Below are positions 37,354 to 47,723 of a stretch of 64,000 nucleotides of DNA, in pieces. How positions within the stretch are numbered: position 1 is the stretch's first letter; every line of letters begins with the position of its first letter. The notes beneath the pieces were generated by a model that saw only the letters and a program-made list of their open reading frames with translations, was not told where the DNA came from and made no database searches. The position numbers were made by a program, and so were the translations under genes. The stretch is from Alphaproteobacteria bacterium. Lineage in GTDB: Bacteria; Pseudomonadota; Alphaproteobacteria; Micavibrionales; Micavibrionaceae. Location: the NCBI GenBank assembly GCA_020442475.1, contig JAGRKA010000007.1, forward strand, positions 491 to 64,490, written 5' to 3'.

Positions 37354-38322
37354 TCAGGCCGGTTTTTCCGATAAAGATTCATGGTGGCCGCCCTCGCAAA
37401 AGCGTTCCAGATAGATCGGCAGGACCGCATCCATCCCGTGCGGCGTAATGCCGAGTTCTGCAAGGCCGGGCCTGCCTTCCGTTACGATGCTGTCCGTTTT
37501 GAGCGTTTCGACCTGATCGCATGTCAGGAGCGGCTCGCCGGGGATCAGCCCTAAAAAGAAGGCGTCGATTTTAGCCAGCGCGAAGGGGAGCGATACAAGC
37601 CGCCTGCGCCGCCCGGTTGCGGCAAACATTTTCTCGTAAATATCCCGGAAGGTCACAATATCCGGGCCGCCCAGCTCAAAAATATGCCCCTGTACGTCTT
37701 TGGCCGGTTTTTCTATGGCGGCGATTGCTGCGTCGGCGACATCCCCGATATAGACGGGTTGAAGGCGTGTCTTTCCGCCACCGATCAGCGGCAGGGCCGG
37801 CAGATAGCGCGAAAGCTCGGCGAATTTATTAAAGAAATGATCGTCGGGGCCGAAAATCACGCCGGGACGCAAGATCGTCGCGGTGGGAAAGGCATCTAGC
37901 ACGGCCTGCTCTCCGGCCAGCTTTGTACGTGCGTAGCGCGAATGGGCCTGATCGACGCCAAGGGCGGAGATATGAACGAAACGTTGTACGCCTTGATTTT
38001 TAGCGGTATGCGCAATTTTACCGGCCAGCTCCGTATGCATACGGTTGAAGGCGCCCCGGCGTTTCTCATAGAGGATACCGATGCAGTTTACTGCGATATC
38101 CGTATTGCTGAGCGCGCGCGCAATACTCTCCGGGTCGGCGTAATTCACGGCGAGAGGGACGATTTGCCCGACAGTGCCGCAAGGTTTCAGGAAATAGGCG
38201 CTTTCAGGCGCACGGGTCGCAATTTTAACCGTAAAGCCGCGGCTGGCCAGTTCGCGGACAATTTGCCGCCCGACAAAGCCTGTGCCGCCGAAAATCGTTG
38301 CTGTGGGGTTTTGGTGGCTCAT
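37354..38322 (-). CDS. NAD-dependent epimerase/dehydratase, complex I NDUFA9-like
   Basis: IFGGTGFVGRQIVREL Rossmann motif. The length and pattern match alphaproteobacterial NDUFA9-like proteins. Confidence 0.75.
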   Translation of the reverse strand: MSHQNPTATIFGGTGFVGRQIVRELASRGFTVKIATRAPESAYFLKPCGTVGQIVPLAVNYADPESIARALSNTDIAVNCIGILYEKRRGAFNRMHTELAGKIAHTAKNQGVQRFVHISALGVDQAHSRYARTKLAGEQAVLDAFPTATILRPGVIFGPDDHFFNKFAELSRYLPALPLIGGGKTRLQPVYIGDVADAAIAAIEKPAKDVQGHIFELGGPDIVTFRDIYEKMFAATGRRRRLVSLPFALAKIDAFFLGLIPGEPLLTCDQVETLKTDSIVTEGRPGLAELGITPHGMDAVLPIYLERFCEGGHHESLSEKPA

Positions 38323-38415
38323 TCAGGTTCTCTCCCGTGGATCATCTTTTCCCGCCACTATGCCGCCGGATAAAAACGAAGTCCAGAGGGGATTCCTACC
38401 CCGTCTTTGTTCCCC

Positions 38416-40620
38416 TTAGGCCTTTTCAACAAAACTGCTCATGACGCGTTTTGTGCCGCCCTGTTCGAAGGCGATGTCGAGTTTGTTGCCGTCGATATTG
38501 ATGATTTCCCCATAGCCGAACTTGTTATGAAAGACGCGCTGGCCCCGTGTGAAAGCATGCGTATCGACAGGGCGGACTGTACGCGTTTTGGGCTGTACGC
38601 CTGAGGAATCCCAATGGGTGGAGCGGCCCCGGTAAAGGCCGCTATCGGACTGGATTTCGACATGTTCGGGCGGCAATTCATCCACGAAACGTGAGGGAAT
38701 AGCGCTAATCCAGTTGCCGTACATACGCCGGTTGCCTGCGAAGGAAACGTACGCCTTTTTACGGGCGCGGGTGATGCCGACATAGGCCAGACGCCGTTCT
38801 TCCTCCAGCCCCTTAGTCCCGTTTTCATCCATGCTACGCTGGGAGGGGAAGAGGCCTTCCTCCCAGCCCGGAAGGAACACTGCGTCGAATTCCAGCCCCT
38901 TCGCGCCGTGTAGCGTCATGACGGAAACCGTATCCGTACCCGTGTCGTTCTGGTTGTCCATCACAAGCGCGATATGTTCGAGGAAGGCTTCGAGGCTTTC
39001 ATATTCAGCCATGCCGGAAACAAGTTCTTTCAGGTTTTCGAGCCGCCCCGGTGCTTCGGGTGTTTTATCTTCTTTCCACATCTGCATATAGCCGGATTCT
39101 TCGAGAATCTGGGCTGCCAGCTCCGCATGGTTCATCTGTCCGGCAAGGCTGCGCCAGTGGGCGAAATCGTCGAGCAGCTTCATGAGCGTCGTTTTTACCT
39201 TCGGGCGCAGCTCATCAGTCTGCGTCAAATCCATGATGGAATCATGCAGGTTAATCCCGTGCGCCCGCCCGTACGCGTACAGTGTTTGTACGGTTGCGCC
39301 GCCGATCCCGCGTTTGGGTGTGTTGATAATCCGCTCCAGCGCCAGATCGTCCGCGGGCTGGACGGTTACGCGCAAATAAGCCAGCGCGTCCCGGATTTCC
39401 ATCCGCTCGTAAAAGCGCGGCCCACCGATCACGCGGTAGGGAATGCCAAGCTGGATAAAGCGCTCTTCGAATTCGCGGGTTTGAAAACCGGCGCGTACAA
39501 GGACGGCGATCTGGCTCAGCTCATATTTTTTGCGCTGGAGTTGTTCGATTTCCTCACCGACCCAGCGCGCCTCGGCTTCCCCGTCCCATAATCCGCGTAC
39601 GGTTAATTTTTCACCAGCGCCTGCTTCGGACCAGAGCTCTTTGCCCAGTCGTCCTTGATTATGGGCGATTACCGCATGGGCGGCCTTGAGGATATTTTCA
39701 GTCGAGCGGTAATTTTGCTCCAGCCGGATGATTTTAGCGCCGGGGAAATCCTGCTCGAATTTCAGGATATTTCCGATTTCCGCGCCGCGCCAGCCATAGA
39801 TGGACTGATCGTCATCGCCCACGCAGCAGATATTGTTCGCACCTCTGGCCAGCAGCCGCAGCCACATATACTGCGCGACGTTCGTATCCTGATATTCATC
39901 CACAAGGATATAGCGGAACCTCCTGTGATAATCTTCCAGCACGCTTGCATTGGCGGGGTCTTTCAGGATCGTGATCATGTGCAGCAGGAGATCCCCGAAA
40001 TCGCAGGCATTGACGGCTCTCAGGCGGGCTTGATAGACGCGGTAAAGGCCGGGCAGCTTCCCGTCTGCCAGCTCTCCGGCATCTGCGTCTTTAATTTGTT
40101 CGGGCGTTAAAGCACGGTCTTTCCAGCGCTCAATCACGCCCATCATGGCCTTGGGCGCCCATTTTTTCGTATCGAGCTTTTCCGCTTCCATGATTTGTTT
40201 CAGCAGCCGGACCTGATCGTCCGGGTCCAGAATGGTGAAATTACTCGACAGACCGACCAGCCCCGCATGTTTGCGCAGCATACGGGCGGCGAGAGAATGG
40301 AATGTGCCAAGCCACCAGCCTTCTACGCTTTGCCCGCCCATAAGGGCCGCAACCCGTTCTTTCATTTCCTGCGCGGCCTTGTTGGTGAAGGTCACGGCTA
40401 GGATTTGCGACGGGTAAGCCCGGCCTGTATTGAGTAGATGTGCAAGCCGTGCCGTCAGGACACGGGTTTTGCCTGTGCCCGCCCCGGCCAGCACCAAAAC
40501 CGGCCCGTCCAGCGTCTCGACCGCTTCGCGCTGAGGCGGGTTGAGCGTCTCCAGATAAGAAAAAGAGTCATCGGATGGGGGAGGAGAGGACGTGGCCATG
40601 TGTGAAATCGTTTCTGACAT
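38416..40620 (-). CDS. uvrD: ATP-dependent DNA helicase, UvrD/PcrA family
   Basis: LNPPQREAV, VLAGAGTGKTRVLT, ILVDEYQDTN, TLHGAKGLEFD, RLAYVGITRA and a Tudor-like C-terminus. Confidence 0.93.
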   Translation of the reverse strand: MSETISHMATSSPPPSDDSFSYLETLNPPQREAVETLDGPVLVLAGAGTGKTRVLTARLAHLLNTGRAYPSQILAVTFTNKAAQEMKERVAALMGGQSVEGWWLGTFHSLAARMLRKHAGLVGLSSNFTILDPDDQVRLLKQIMEAEKLDTKKWAPKAMMGVIERWKDRALTPEQIKDADAGELADGKLPGLYRVYQARLRAVNACDFGDLLLHMITILKDPANASVLEDYHRRFRYILVDEYQDTNVAQYMWLRLLARGANNICCVGDDDQSIYGWRGAEIGNILKFEQDFPGAKIIRLEQNYRSTENILKAAHAVIAHNQGRLGKELWSEAGAGEKLTVRGLWDGEAEARWVGEEIEQLQRKKYELSQIAVLVRAGFQTREFEERFIQLGIPYRVIGGPRFYERMEIRDALAYLRVTVQPADDLALERIINTPKRGIGGATVQTLYAYGRAHGINLHDSIMDLTQTDELRPKVKTTLMKLLDDFAHWRSLAGQMNHAELAAQILEESGYMQMWKEDKTPEAPGRLENLKELVSGMAEYESLEAFLEHIALVMDNQNDTGTDTVSVMTLHGAKGLEFDAVFLPGWEEGLFPSQRSMDENGTKGLEEERRLAYVGITRARKKAYVSFAGNRRMYGNWISAIPSRFVDELPPEHVEIQSDSGLYRGRSTHWDSSGVQPKTRTVRPVDTHAFTRGQRVFHNKFGYGEIINIDGNKLDIAFEQGGTKRVMSSFVEKA

Positions 40621-40665
40621 GAGACAGACCCTAGGAGGATTTTATTTTTTGGGCAAGAGGCGTGC

Positions 40666-41145
40666 TTATGTTTTTATATTTTCCGGGATCGGCAGGCTGA
40701 GGACGCAGGGTTTCGGGCGGCGGTACCCGAATATTTTTTCGACAAAAAAGCGGTTTGGATATTCGCCTAGCGCCCGGTCCATATCTTCGATACTCTGATT
40801 ATAAAGGGCGGCAGCCTCTTCAAGCTTTTGGTCCAGGGCTTGAATTTGCGTGCGTGAGAGAGAGTCCTCGCTTGTTAAAAGTGCCCGGCGTTTTTCGAGA
40901 AGATATTCTATCCCGCCGCGCAGTTCTTTGAGATTTTCCCGGCCCGAAGCAATATGGCTGTGGACGGCTAGAAACCAAGGTATGCCCACAATGGCAAAGT
41001 ATAGAAGCGTGCCGATAAAGGCACCCCAGAGGATGGCGTATGCCTCATTCGGGTTGTTGTAGAGATCCCAGAGGCTCCAGCCGTAAAAAGCTATGAACCC
41101 TATAGCCGCATTGATAAAAAAACGCTTTTTAAAAAAGAAGTTCAC
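40666..41145 (-). CDS. Membrane protein with LemA-like C-terminal segment
   Basis: Two N-terminal TM helices. ALYNQSIEDMDRALGEYPNRFFVEKIFGY resembles the LemA YN...YN...FP...FG pattern. Confidence 0.5.
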   Translation of the reverse strand: MNFFFKKRFFINAAIGFIAFYGWSLWDLYNNPNEAYAILWGAFIGTLLYFAIVGIPWFLAVHSHIASGRENLKELRGGIEYLLEKRRALLTSEDSLSRTQIQALDQKLEEAAALYNQSIEDMDRALGEYPNRFFVEKIFGYRRPKPCVLSLPIPENIKT

Positions 41146-41175
41146 GGTCGGCGAAGCGTACGGTTTGAAAAAACC

Positions 41176-42219
41176 TTATCTGGCTTTGGGTTTGGGCGGT
41201 GCGGCGACAATCTGGTTCCGCCCGTTATGTTTGGCGGTATAGAGCGCGGAATCCGCTCTTTCCAGAAGGCTTTCAACGCTTTCCCCTTTTATATATTCGG
41301 CAACGCCGCCTGAAAGCGTAATCCGCCCCAGCTTTTCTCCGGAATTCCGGTTGATGACTTCTTTGCCGGCGACAGCCTTACGCAGGAAATCGCTGACTTT
41401 TAGCCCGCCTTTGATGTCCGTATCGGGCAGGATAATGGCAAATTCCTCCCCGCCGTAACGGGCGGCTACGTCCCGGCCTTTAACCCCGTCAAAGAGGGTT
41501 TTGGCGACGAGCCGGAGAACCTGATCGCCGACCTGATGACCGAAATTGTCGTTAAAGCTTTTGAAATAGTCGATATCGAGCATGACGAGCGTGCAGAGCG
41601 TGTCATTTTCAAAGGCTTCCTGAACCATCCGGCGCAGCTCCGTATCAAAGGCTTTGCGGTTAGCCAGAAGCGTTAAGCCGTCGGTGAGCGCCTCTTTACG
41701 GACTAACTCCAGATCACGCCGCAATTCTTGCATGGTCTGTGAGGATTTAGTGAGCTCCTCTTCGAAAAGCCGGTTTTGTTCGACCATTTCTTTTGTACCG
41801 CTCATAACGGTGTCGAGCAGGTCTCTTATGTTTTGCCCATCCGTATCCTGAGATAGCACTTCAGAGACATCGTGCAGGGTTTGGCTGTATTTCGTTGCCG
41901 ATGTTTTAGCGGTAGCAACAAGACCGCCGACACTCTTGATCGTTTCCTGAATTTTATCACCGGCCATCCGGACGCGCTCATTTTCGCGCCGGTCGCTTAA
42001 GAAGCGGTAATGGAGTTCCTGACAACGCTCATCGGTGATCTGTTGATTTTCGGAAACCAGAAGATCAATCGCTCTCGTGATTTCGGCATTCATTTCCGAG
42101 TAATAGACATACCAGAGTTCATAATTTTCCGGCGTAGGCGTCAGCGTTTCGCTCTTTATGCGTTGAAGAGCCCGCTCTGCATATTTTTGCGCTTTTTCTA
42201 TCGTGTGGGAATATTGCAC
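41176..42219 (-). CDS. Diguanylate cyclase (GGDEF domain)
   Basis: DGLTLLANRKAF, LVMLDIDYFKSFNDNFGHQVGD, and RYGGEEF with an intact active site. An N-terminal coiled-coil sensor-less region. The I-site position reads KGRD rather than RxxD. Confidence 0.88.
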   Translation of the reverse strand: MQYSHTIEKAQKYAERALQRIKSETLTPTPENYELWYVYYSEMNAEITRAIDLLVSENQQITDERCQELHYRFLSDRRENERVRMAGDKIQETIKSVGGLVATAKTSATKYSQTLHDVSEVLSQDTDGQNIRDLLDTVMSGTKEMVEQNRLFEEELTKSSQTMQELRRDLELVRKEALTDGLTLLANRKAFDTELRRMVQEAFENDTLCTLVMLDIDYFKSFNDNFGHQVGDQVLRLVAKTLFDGVKGRDVAARYGGEEFAIILPDTDIKGGLKVSDFLRKAVAGKEVINRNSGEKLGRITLSGGVAEYIKGESVESLLERADSALYTAKHNGRNQIVAAPPKPKAR

Positions 42220-42332
42220 GTCCGTAAGCCGCCTATACTAACCGATATAAAGAGCTTATCAGGCCTAAAGCGCCGGAAAAACCCCCATTTTTCCAAAAAG
42301 GGATGAAAATCGGTCGCGGAGCGCCAGAGCGC

Positions 42333-43274
42333 TTATTGATCCGGGGTTTGTTCAACTTCAAAACCGTTTCCATTCCAGTAAATCACAGCTGAAGGGCAAT
42401 GTGGGCGCGTGAACAGAAGGGCGGCGGCGCAAAAGGGCTGTTCCGTTTCCTGTATCTCTGCGTCATGTGTGTCCTTAATATCCAGAGCAGGACGCTCGGA
42501 AATCTTTAAAAGCAGCGTTGTCCCGCATGAGCGTAAGGGTTCTTTTTCTGTGTGCGGCGTATCTTGGGCATCAACATCTGGATTGCCGGAAGAGGCATGT
42601 GTCTGGGCGATGGATGGTTCTATGACATAAGTTCGCGGGCGCCCTATAAGAGGGCTTTCGGCAATGCCGATAAAGGCAACGGCTTGGTCTTGTTCGGTAT
42701 CCGACTTGCCGGAGGCTATTTTAAGCCCGGCCATAATATGCTCGGTTACGCCATCGCAATTCAGGTCAGCTTCTAGCCGGTCGCCATAACGCCAGTATAT
42801 ATCGGGATTTTCCCCGGCCAAAACATTCATCCATAGGGGGGTACCCTCAGATTCAGGTGCCGTAGTGCCGGTGGGCACCGTCTCTTTACCTTTTTGTGCA
42901 TCCAAGGCTGCTTGCAGGGCGGCAGTACGGCGCTCTGTCACGGTTTTGAGGCAGGACAGTTCTTCTATCCTTTTGAGAGATTCGCTGTCTGCCAGCCGGG
43001 CCTGCCATGCGCATTCTCGGTCACGGTAGGCGACCCAACCCTTCTGTGCGGCCCGGTAAAGCTGGGTGTCCGCAAAATCCAGCCCGGACAGGCCCTGTTC
43101 GAAGATACCGTCCAGAGCGTTCTGCGCATCTTCATAGCGCTTTTTTGCGCAAGCCATCACATCCGCGGTACTTTCCCCTTTTTTGCAATAGGAAAACCGG
43201 CTATCCGCCTGCGCAGCGGGAATGTGCAGCAGAGCAAAAACGTAAAGGCAGATAGAAAAGATGGAAAAACGCAT
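42333..43274 (-). CDS. Secreted protein with N-terminal DUF1311 (LprI-like) domain
   Basis: Signal peptide. MACAKKRYEDAQNALDGIF...AQKGWVAYRDRECAW is the DUF1311 pattern. The C-terminal ~190 aa are unassigned. Confidence 0.65.
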   Translation of the reverse strand: MRFSIFSICLYVFALLHIPAAQADSRFSYCKKGESTADVMACAKKRYEDAQNALDGIFEQGLSGLDFADTQLYRAAQKGWVAYRDRECAWQARLADSESLKRIEELSCLKTVTERRTAALQAALDAQKGKETVPTGTTAPESEGTPLWMNVLAGENPDIYWRYGDRLEADLNCDGVTEHIMAGLKIASGKSDTEQDQAVAFIGIAESPLIGRPRTYVIEPSIAQTHASSGNPDVDAQDTPHTEKEPLRSCGTTLLLKISERPALDIKDTHDAEIQETEQPFCAAALLFTRPHCPSAVIYWNGNGFEVEQTPDQ

Positions 43275-43428
43275 GACCGGCCAGTAATGGAAAATCAGTA
43301 ACGAAAGAAAAAGCCCCTTACAAAGGATGTAAAAACACCTTTCTAAATTTATAACTTATAATAGTAAGACAGGCAACGCCCTTGGCATTTTCATGTTATG
43401 ACGCGCGATCAAGGCAAGTGCGGCTCTT

Positions 43429-44559
43429 TTATCCCATGCCACCGCCCAGCGGCAAGCCCGGTTTCAGATTTTGCTGCGTTAACGCGTGAAGCTCCGATTC
43501 CCGGTTATGGTCAGGCGCTGTGAGATGGTCCGGAACTCTGCGTTGTTCTCCAAGAAGGCCGTGTATGATTTCGTTAACATCGGATTGATTGAGTGTCGCC
43601 AGCGTGGGGGCGCTCATATGGATAGCATCGCTACCTGCCGGGTTTGAAAGATTGGATACGGCGTCAGCATTCACAGCCACGTTTTCCCACGTCTTTATCG
43701 CGCCTTTATCTTCGTTGGCGAGTGCATCTATCCATTTTTCTGCGGGGTCGCCGGAGTGTTCGTTCTCTTCTATAAAGTCTTGATTGTCCTGTACTTCATT
43801 CATCGCGGTTTCGATCTCCCTGACTTGCTGGATGACGGGGTCTTTTTCGATATCGCGGTCGAAGAACTCGACCAGCCCTTTCGCATCCACTTTTGAAAAA
43901 TCCAGCCCGTCCGGAATGTCGATTTCAGGCTTGCGGCCCTGTTTTATATCTTCCGCCGAAGCGCGCAGCTTATCCAGTGTTAGGGCCATGACTTCTTCGA
44001 CTTTGCCGGGAGGAAAGGCTTTCATCTCATCCCGAATCGCGCTGAGCACGGCATAGACGGACCCTGCTACACCGGTCGGGTCCAGAACCGTTGCCGCGGC
44101 CTGAGCATGCGTAACGCCGCCATCGCCAAGCTGTCCGGCGACTTGCATGGCCGCCCCTTCACCGACGGCCTCTTTCATGGCCTCTATGGCCGTGGCCTTG
44201 ATAAGCCTGTCCGTCTCCATATAGCTGTGCGCGACGTCCTGAGCCTGCTGTACAAGAGATTGCGGGTCTGCGTTTACAACGGCTCCCGGCTTTCCTGCTG
44301 TTTGCAGATTTTCAGGCTTAACCGCATCGATATGAAAATTTTCTTTTGAAAAGGTGGTAACGTCCGGTTGATCTACTGTTTTAGGGGCGTCTGCTTGCGC
44401 ACGGGTTTCAAAGGGGGAATTTGAGCCGAGAAAACTATTCGTGGCGTTACGCGCAAAACTGTCGAAGCCGCTGCCTTTTTGTGCGAAGATTCTGCTCACA
44501 TCGTCGTAACGATGTGTATTGCTTCCGTTATTCTTGCCGAAAGTCTCTCTTAGACTCAT
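43429..44559 (-). CDS. Hypothetical protein (376 aa, acidic)
   Basis: The start is trimmed to the ATG at 44559 (MSLRETFGK), downstream of AGAGGG. No family recognised. Confidence 0.5.
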   Translation of the reverse strand: MSLRETFGKNNGSNTHRYDDVSRIFAQKGSGFDSFARNATNSFLGSNSPFETRAQADAPKTVDQPDVTTFSKENFHIDAVKPENLQTAGKPGAVVNADPQSLVQQAQDVAHSYMETDRLIKATAIEAMKEAVGEGAAMQVAGQLGDGGVTHAQAAATVLDPTGVAGSVYAVLSAIRDEMKAFPPGKVEEVMALTLDKLRASAEDIKQGRKPEIDIPDGLDFSKVDAKGLVEFFDRDIEKDPVIQQVREIETAMNEVQDNQDFIEENEHSGDPAEKWIDALANEDKGAIKTWENVAVNADAVSNLSNPAGSDAIHMSAPTLATLNQSDVNEIIHGLLGEQRRVPDHLTAPDHNRESELHALTQQNLKPGLPLGGGMG

Positions 44560-44768
44560 GGAAACACACAACCCTCTTTATTTTACGGGGCGCACCGCTT
44601 CAGGCCCCTTTTCATTTATTATGTTTGTCTTACGGAAACTATATGGCTTATTTATTAAGATTTTCTTAAAAAACCGTTCCCGTCAGCAGGCTCTTTTAGG
44701 CCTTCTCTATAATACCGTAATATCGGGAAGAATTTCAAACTTTATAAGCGGAACAAAGCGCTAGGTGC

Positions 44769-45551
44769 CTATGCAACAAGTGCGTAGAGCGGCCTTTCAT
44801 CGTATAGAAAATCGCTTTTACCTTTTTGAAGGGCGGCAGCGCCCGTCTGGCTGTTTACCTCGACACCCTGTTCTTCCCGGATATCAAGATTGGTTTGCGC
44901 ATTCTCGATATTTTGCTGTTGTCCCAAAAAGATCCGCATATGCGGGTCGTCCTTTAAGGGGCGGAGGATGTATTCGATCTCTTCTTCGCTCAGAGCCGCC
45001 TCGTCACCATCCTCATCGGCGTTATCGAGCCGGTAGAAGCCCGGCTTGTTCCATTGGATCTGCCGCATGTGTTCGCTCATCGTGCTGCGATAGCCGAATT
45101 CATCACTCATAAAAGAGGTTTTGGCGCCTGGTTTTTTCTTTTGAGCGTCCCGGTCTGTTTTCCAGTAATTATAGACGCTGAGGCCTGTTACGCCGAGGGC
45201 TGCAAACCCGATTTGCGGCACAGCCACAGCGGCAGCGTAAAGCATACCGTCATTGACCGGGCTAAAGACCGAGGAGAGCTGTCCGTTTTGTGCCTCGGCC
45301 AGCCCGTGAATGCGGATCAGCTCTTTTTGCTGTCCGAAAGCAACGCGGATGACATTATCCACGTTGGCCTGCGCCCCCCGGACCTTCGCAGCCTGTTCGA
45401 TATGCGCTGAGGGTTTGTCATTGGCTTGCCCGGCGAAGGGGACAATATTGTTGTGATTGGCCGCACAGACGCTCATGAAATCCGCGCCTATGGTTGGCCT
45501 CGTAGCGGTGGGTGCGCCGTCAATATAGGTGCTGGCAGCCGAGAGGCTCAT
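44769..45551 (-). CDS. Hypothetical protein (260 aa, one central hydrophobic stretch)
   Basis: The start is trimmed to the ATG at 45551 (MSLSAAS), 28 nt after the comM stop. Hydrophobic segment MLYAAAVAVPQIGFAALGVTGLSVY. Confidence 0.5.
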   Translation of the reverse strand: MSLSAASTYIDGAPTATRPTIGADFMSVCAANHNNIVPFAGQANDKPSAHIEQAAKVRGAQANVDNVIRVAFGQQKELIRIHGLAEAQNGQLSSVFSPVNDGMLYAAAVAVPQIGFAALGVTGLSVYNYWKTDRDAQKKKPGAKTSFMSDEFGYRSTMSEHMRQIQWNKPGFYRLDNADEDGDEAALSEEEIEYILRPLKDDPHMRIFLGQQQNIENAQTNLDIREEQGVEVNSQTGAAALQKGKSDFLYDERPLYALVA

Positions 45552-45579
45552 AATTTTCGTTTCCCAAACATTTGTAACT

Positions 45580-47112
45580 TTAATCCAGCGCAATTCGCCG
45601 GTAGCTCAGCGCTTCGGCGATATGAGCCTTCCCGATCCTGTCCGCTATACTGTCTCTGGCCGCGCCTTCAAGATCGGCGATCGTCCGGGCCAGACGTAAC
45701 AGGCGGAAATAGCCGCGCGCCGAGAGCTTAGCGTTTTCCATAGTTTTATTCAAGAGAATTTTAGCCTCTTCATCCGGCATCGCGATCTCTTCAAGAATTT
45801 TCCCATTCGCATGCGCGTTGACCCGGATCGTGCAGCCTTCGTAACGGGCGAAGCGCTCGGCCTGAATTTGCCGGACGCGGGCGATACGTTCTGCTACAGC
45901 CGCCGAACTTTCTCCCGGCGGGCCGCTCAGATCGGATGCCCGCACTGCCGGAACGTCCACCTGTATATCGATTCTGTCCAGCATCGGGCCGGAGATTTTC
46001 GCCTGATAGTCACTGGCGCAGCGCGGGGCCTTGCTGCATTCAAGGTCCGAATCGCCCAGATGGCCGCAGCGGCACGGATTCATCGCGGCAATAAGCTGGA
46101 ACCGTGCCGGGAAGGTCACATGCGCGTTGGCTCGCGCGACCAGCGCTTCCCCTGTTTCCAGCGGCTGACGCAGTGATTCGAGCGTGCTGCGGTTAAATTC
46201 CGGCAGTTCGTCGAGGAAAAGCACACCGTTATGAGCCAGCGAAATCTCACCGGGCCTGACCCTGTGTCCGCCGCCGATAAGGGCAGGCAGGGAGGCCGAA
46301 TGATGCGGGTCACGGAATGCGCGGCGCTTGAGCAACCCGCCCTCGGGCAGCGTTCCGGCGAGCGAATGGATCATAGAGACTTCAAGGGCTTCGCGCGGGG
46401 ACAAGGGCGGCAAGATACCCGGCAGGCAGGCGGCCAGCATCGACTTGCCGGAGCCGGGCGGCCCGCTCATGAGCATGTTATGCCCACCCGCCGCAGCGAT
46501 CTCCAGTGCGCGTTTGGCGCTTTCCTGTCCCCGGACTTCGGACAGGTCGGGGCCTTTATGGGTTTCCTCTCCGTCCAGCCGTGCTTCGGGCCGTGAAAGG
46601 AGCTGCGTGCCCTTGATATGGTTGATGAGCTGGAGCAGATTGCGCGGGGCGAGGATATCCAGATCCCCGGCCCAGGCCGCCTCCCGCCCGCAGCCTTCGG
46701 GGCAGATCAGCCTGTTGTCGTTCGCGCCCGCATGCATGGCTGCCGGGAGAACGCCTGCAACGGGGCGGATCGAGGCGTCCAGAGACAGCTCGCCCAGCAC
46801 CAGATATTCGGCCAGCTCTTCCTTCGGGATGATCTCCATCGCGGCCAGCAGCCCCAGCGCGATCGGCAGATCGTAATGGCTCCCCTCCTTGCCCAGATCG
46901 GCCGGGGCCAGATTGACCGTCAGCCGCTTGGGCGGCAAAGACAGGCCCAAAGAGCTGAGCGCGGCGCGGACCCGCTCCTTGCTCTCGGCGACCGCCTTGT
47001 CCGGCAGGCCGACAATGTTAAAGGCCGGCAACCCGCCCGCGATCTGCACCTGCACATCCACAGGCTTCACGTCAATGCCCTGAAAAGCGACGGTGTTCAC
47101 ACGCGCGGTCAT
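45580..47112 (-). CDS. comM: YifB/ComM family Mg-chelatase-like AAA+ ATPase
   Basis: N-terminal Lon-like domain (VQVQIAGGLPAFNIVGLPD), Walker A MSGPPGSGKSM, GVLFLDELPEF and the zinc-ribbon-like CRCGHLGD. Confidence 0.93.
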   Translation of the reverse strand: MTARVNTVAFQGIDVKPVDVQVQIAGGLPAFNIVGLPDKAVAESKERVRAALSSLGLSLPPKRLTVNLAPADLGKEGSHYDLPIALGLLAAMEIIPKEELAEYLVLGELSLDASIRPVAGVLPAAMHAGANDNRLICPEGCGREAAWAGDLDILAPRNLLQLINHIKGTQLLSRPEARLDGEETHKGPDLSEVRGQESAKRALEIAAAGGHNMLMSGPPGSGKSMLAACLPGILPPLSPREALEVSMIHSLAGTLPEGGLLKRRAFRDPHHSASLPALIGGGHRVRPGEISLAHNGVLFLDELPEFNRSTLESLRQPLETGEALVARANAHVTFPARFQLIAAMNPCRCGHLGDSDLECSKAPRCASDYQAKISGPMLDRIDIQVDVPAVRASDLSGPPGESSAAVAERIARVRQIQAERFARYEGCTIRVNAHANGKILEEIAMPDEEAKILLNKTMENAKLSARGYFRLLRLARTIADLEGAARDSIADRIGKAHIAEALSYRRIALD

Positions 47113-47150
47113 GGTGCTCCTCTGTAAGCTCTTTCCCCTTTATCGCATAA

Positions 47151-47165
47151 GAACAAACAGGAAAC
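47151..47165. promoter_or_regulatory. Candidate alphaproteobacterial SOS (LexA) box upstream of comM
   Basis: GAAC-AAACAGG-AAAC, one mismatch to the GAAC-N7-GAAC direct repeat. It lies 39-53 nt upstream of the comM start. Confidence 0.3.
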
Positions 47166-47200
47166 AATCCTGTTCTTTGCCCCTGCCATCAGCGCGGGCA

Positions 47201-47551
47201 TTAAAGCTGTTCCTCCAGATAGTCCTTCAAAATCAGGGCGTGGCTGTGCGCCGTATCTTTGGCGGCATAGAGCAGGACCAGCGTTTTACCGGGCGGTACG
47301 CTTTTAAGATATGTTTTGGCCTGCGCCTCGTTTTCAGAAAGCTCACGCAGGTAATGTTCGCGGAATTCGTCCCATTTCTGCGGATCGTGCCCGAACCATG
47401 TCCGCAGCGCCGGGCTGGGGGTCAGCTCTTTCCACCACTCATCCAGTGCGGCTTTGTCCTTTGAAATCCCGCGCGGCCAAAGCCGGTCCGCAAGGACGCT
47501 GTAGCCGCCGGGCCTGCCTTCGTCATAGATTCGCCATGTTACGATTTTCAT
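47201..47551 (-). CDS. DUF488 family protein
   Basis: MKIVTWRIYD...VLADRLWPRGISKDKAALDEWWKELTPSPALRTWFGHDP is the typical DUF488 pattern. The start is trimmed to MKIV. Confidence 0.8.
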   Translation of the reverse strand: MKIVTWRIYDEGRPGGYSVLADRLWPRGISKDKAALDEWWKELTPSPALRTWFGHDPQKWDEFREHYLRELSENEAQAKTYLKSVPPGKTLVLLYAAKDTAHSHALILKDYLEEQL

Positions 47552-47723
47552 GAGGATATGCCCTCCGCTTACCGTCAAAAATAACGCGGCAGCACTGAGC
47601 GGATCAAGCGTCTTTCCCGGACTTTTGTAAAAATCCGGCTGACGTTAACGATTGATTCATCTTTTATGTTTAAGAGAGGAGATGTGAGACACGAAACAGT
47701 CACAAAACGATAAGGATAAAACA

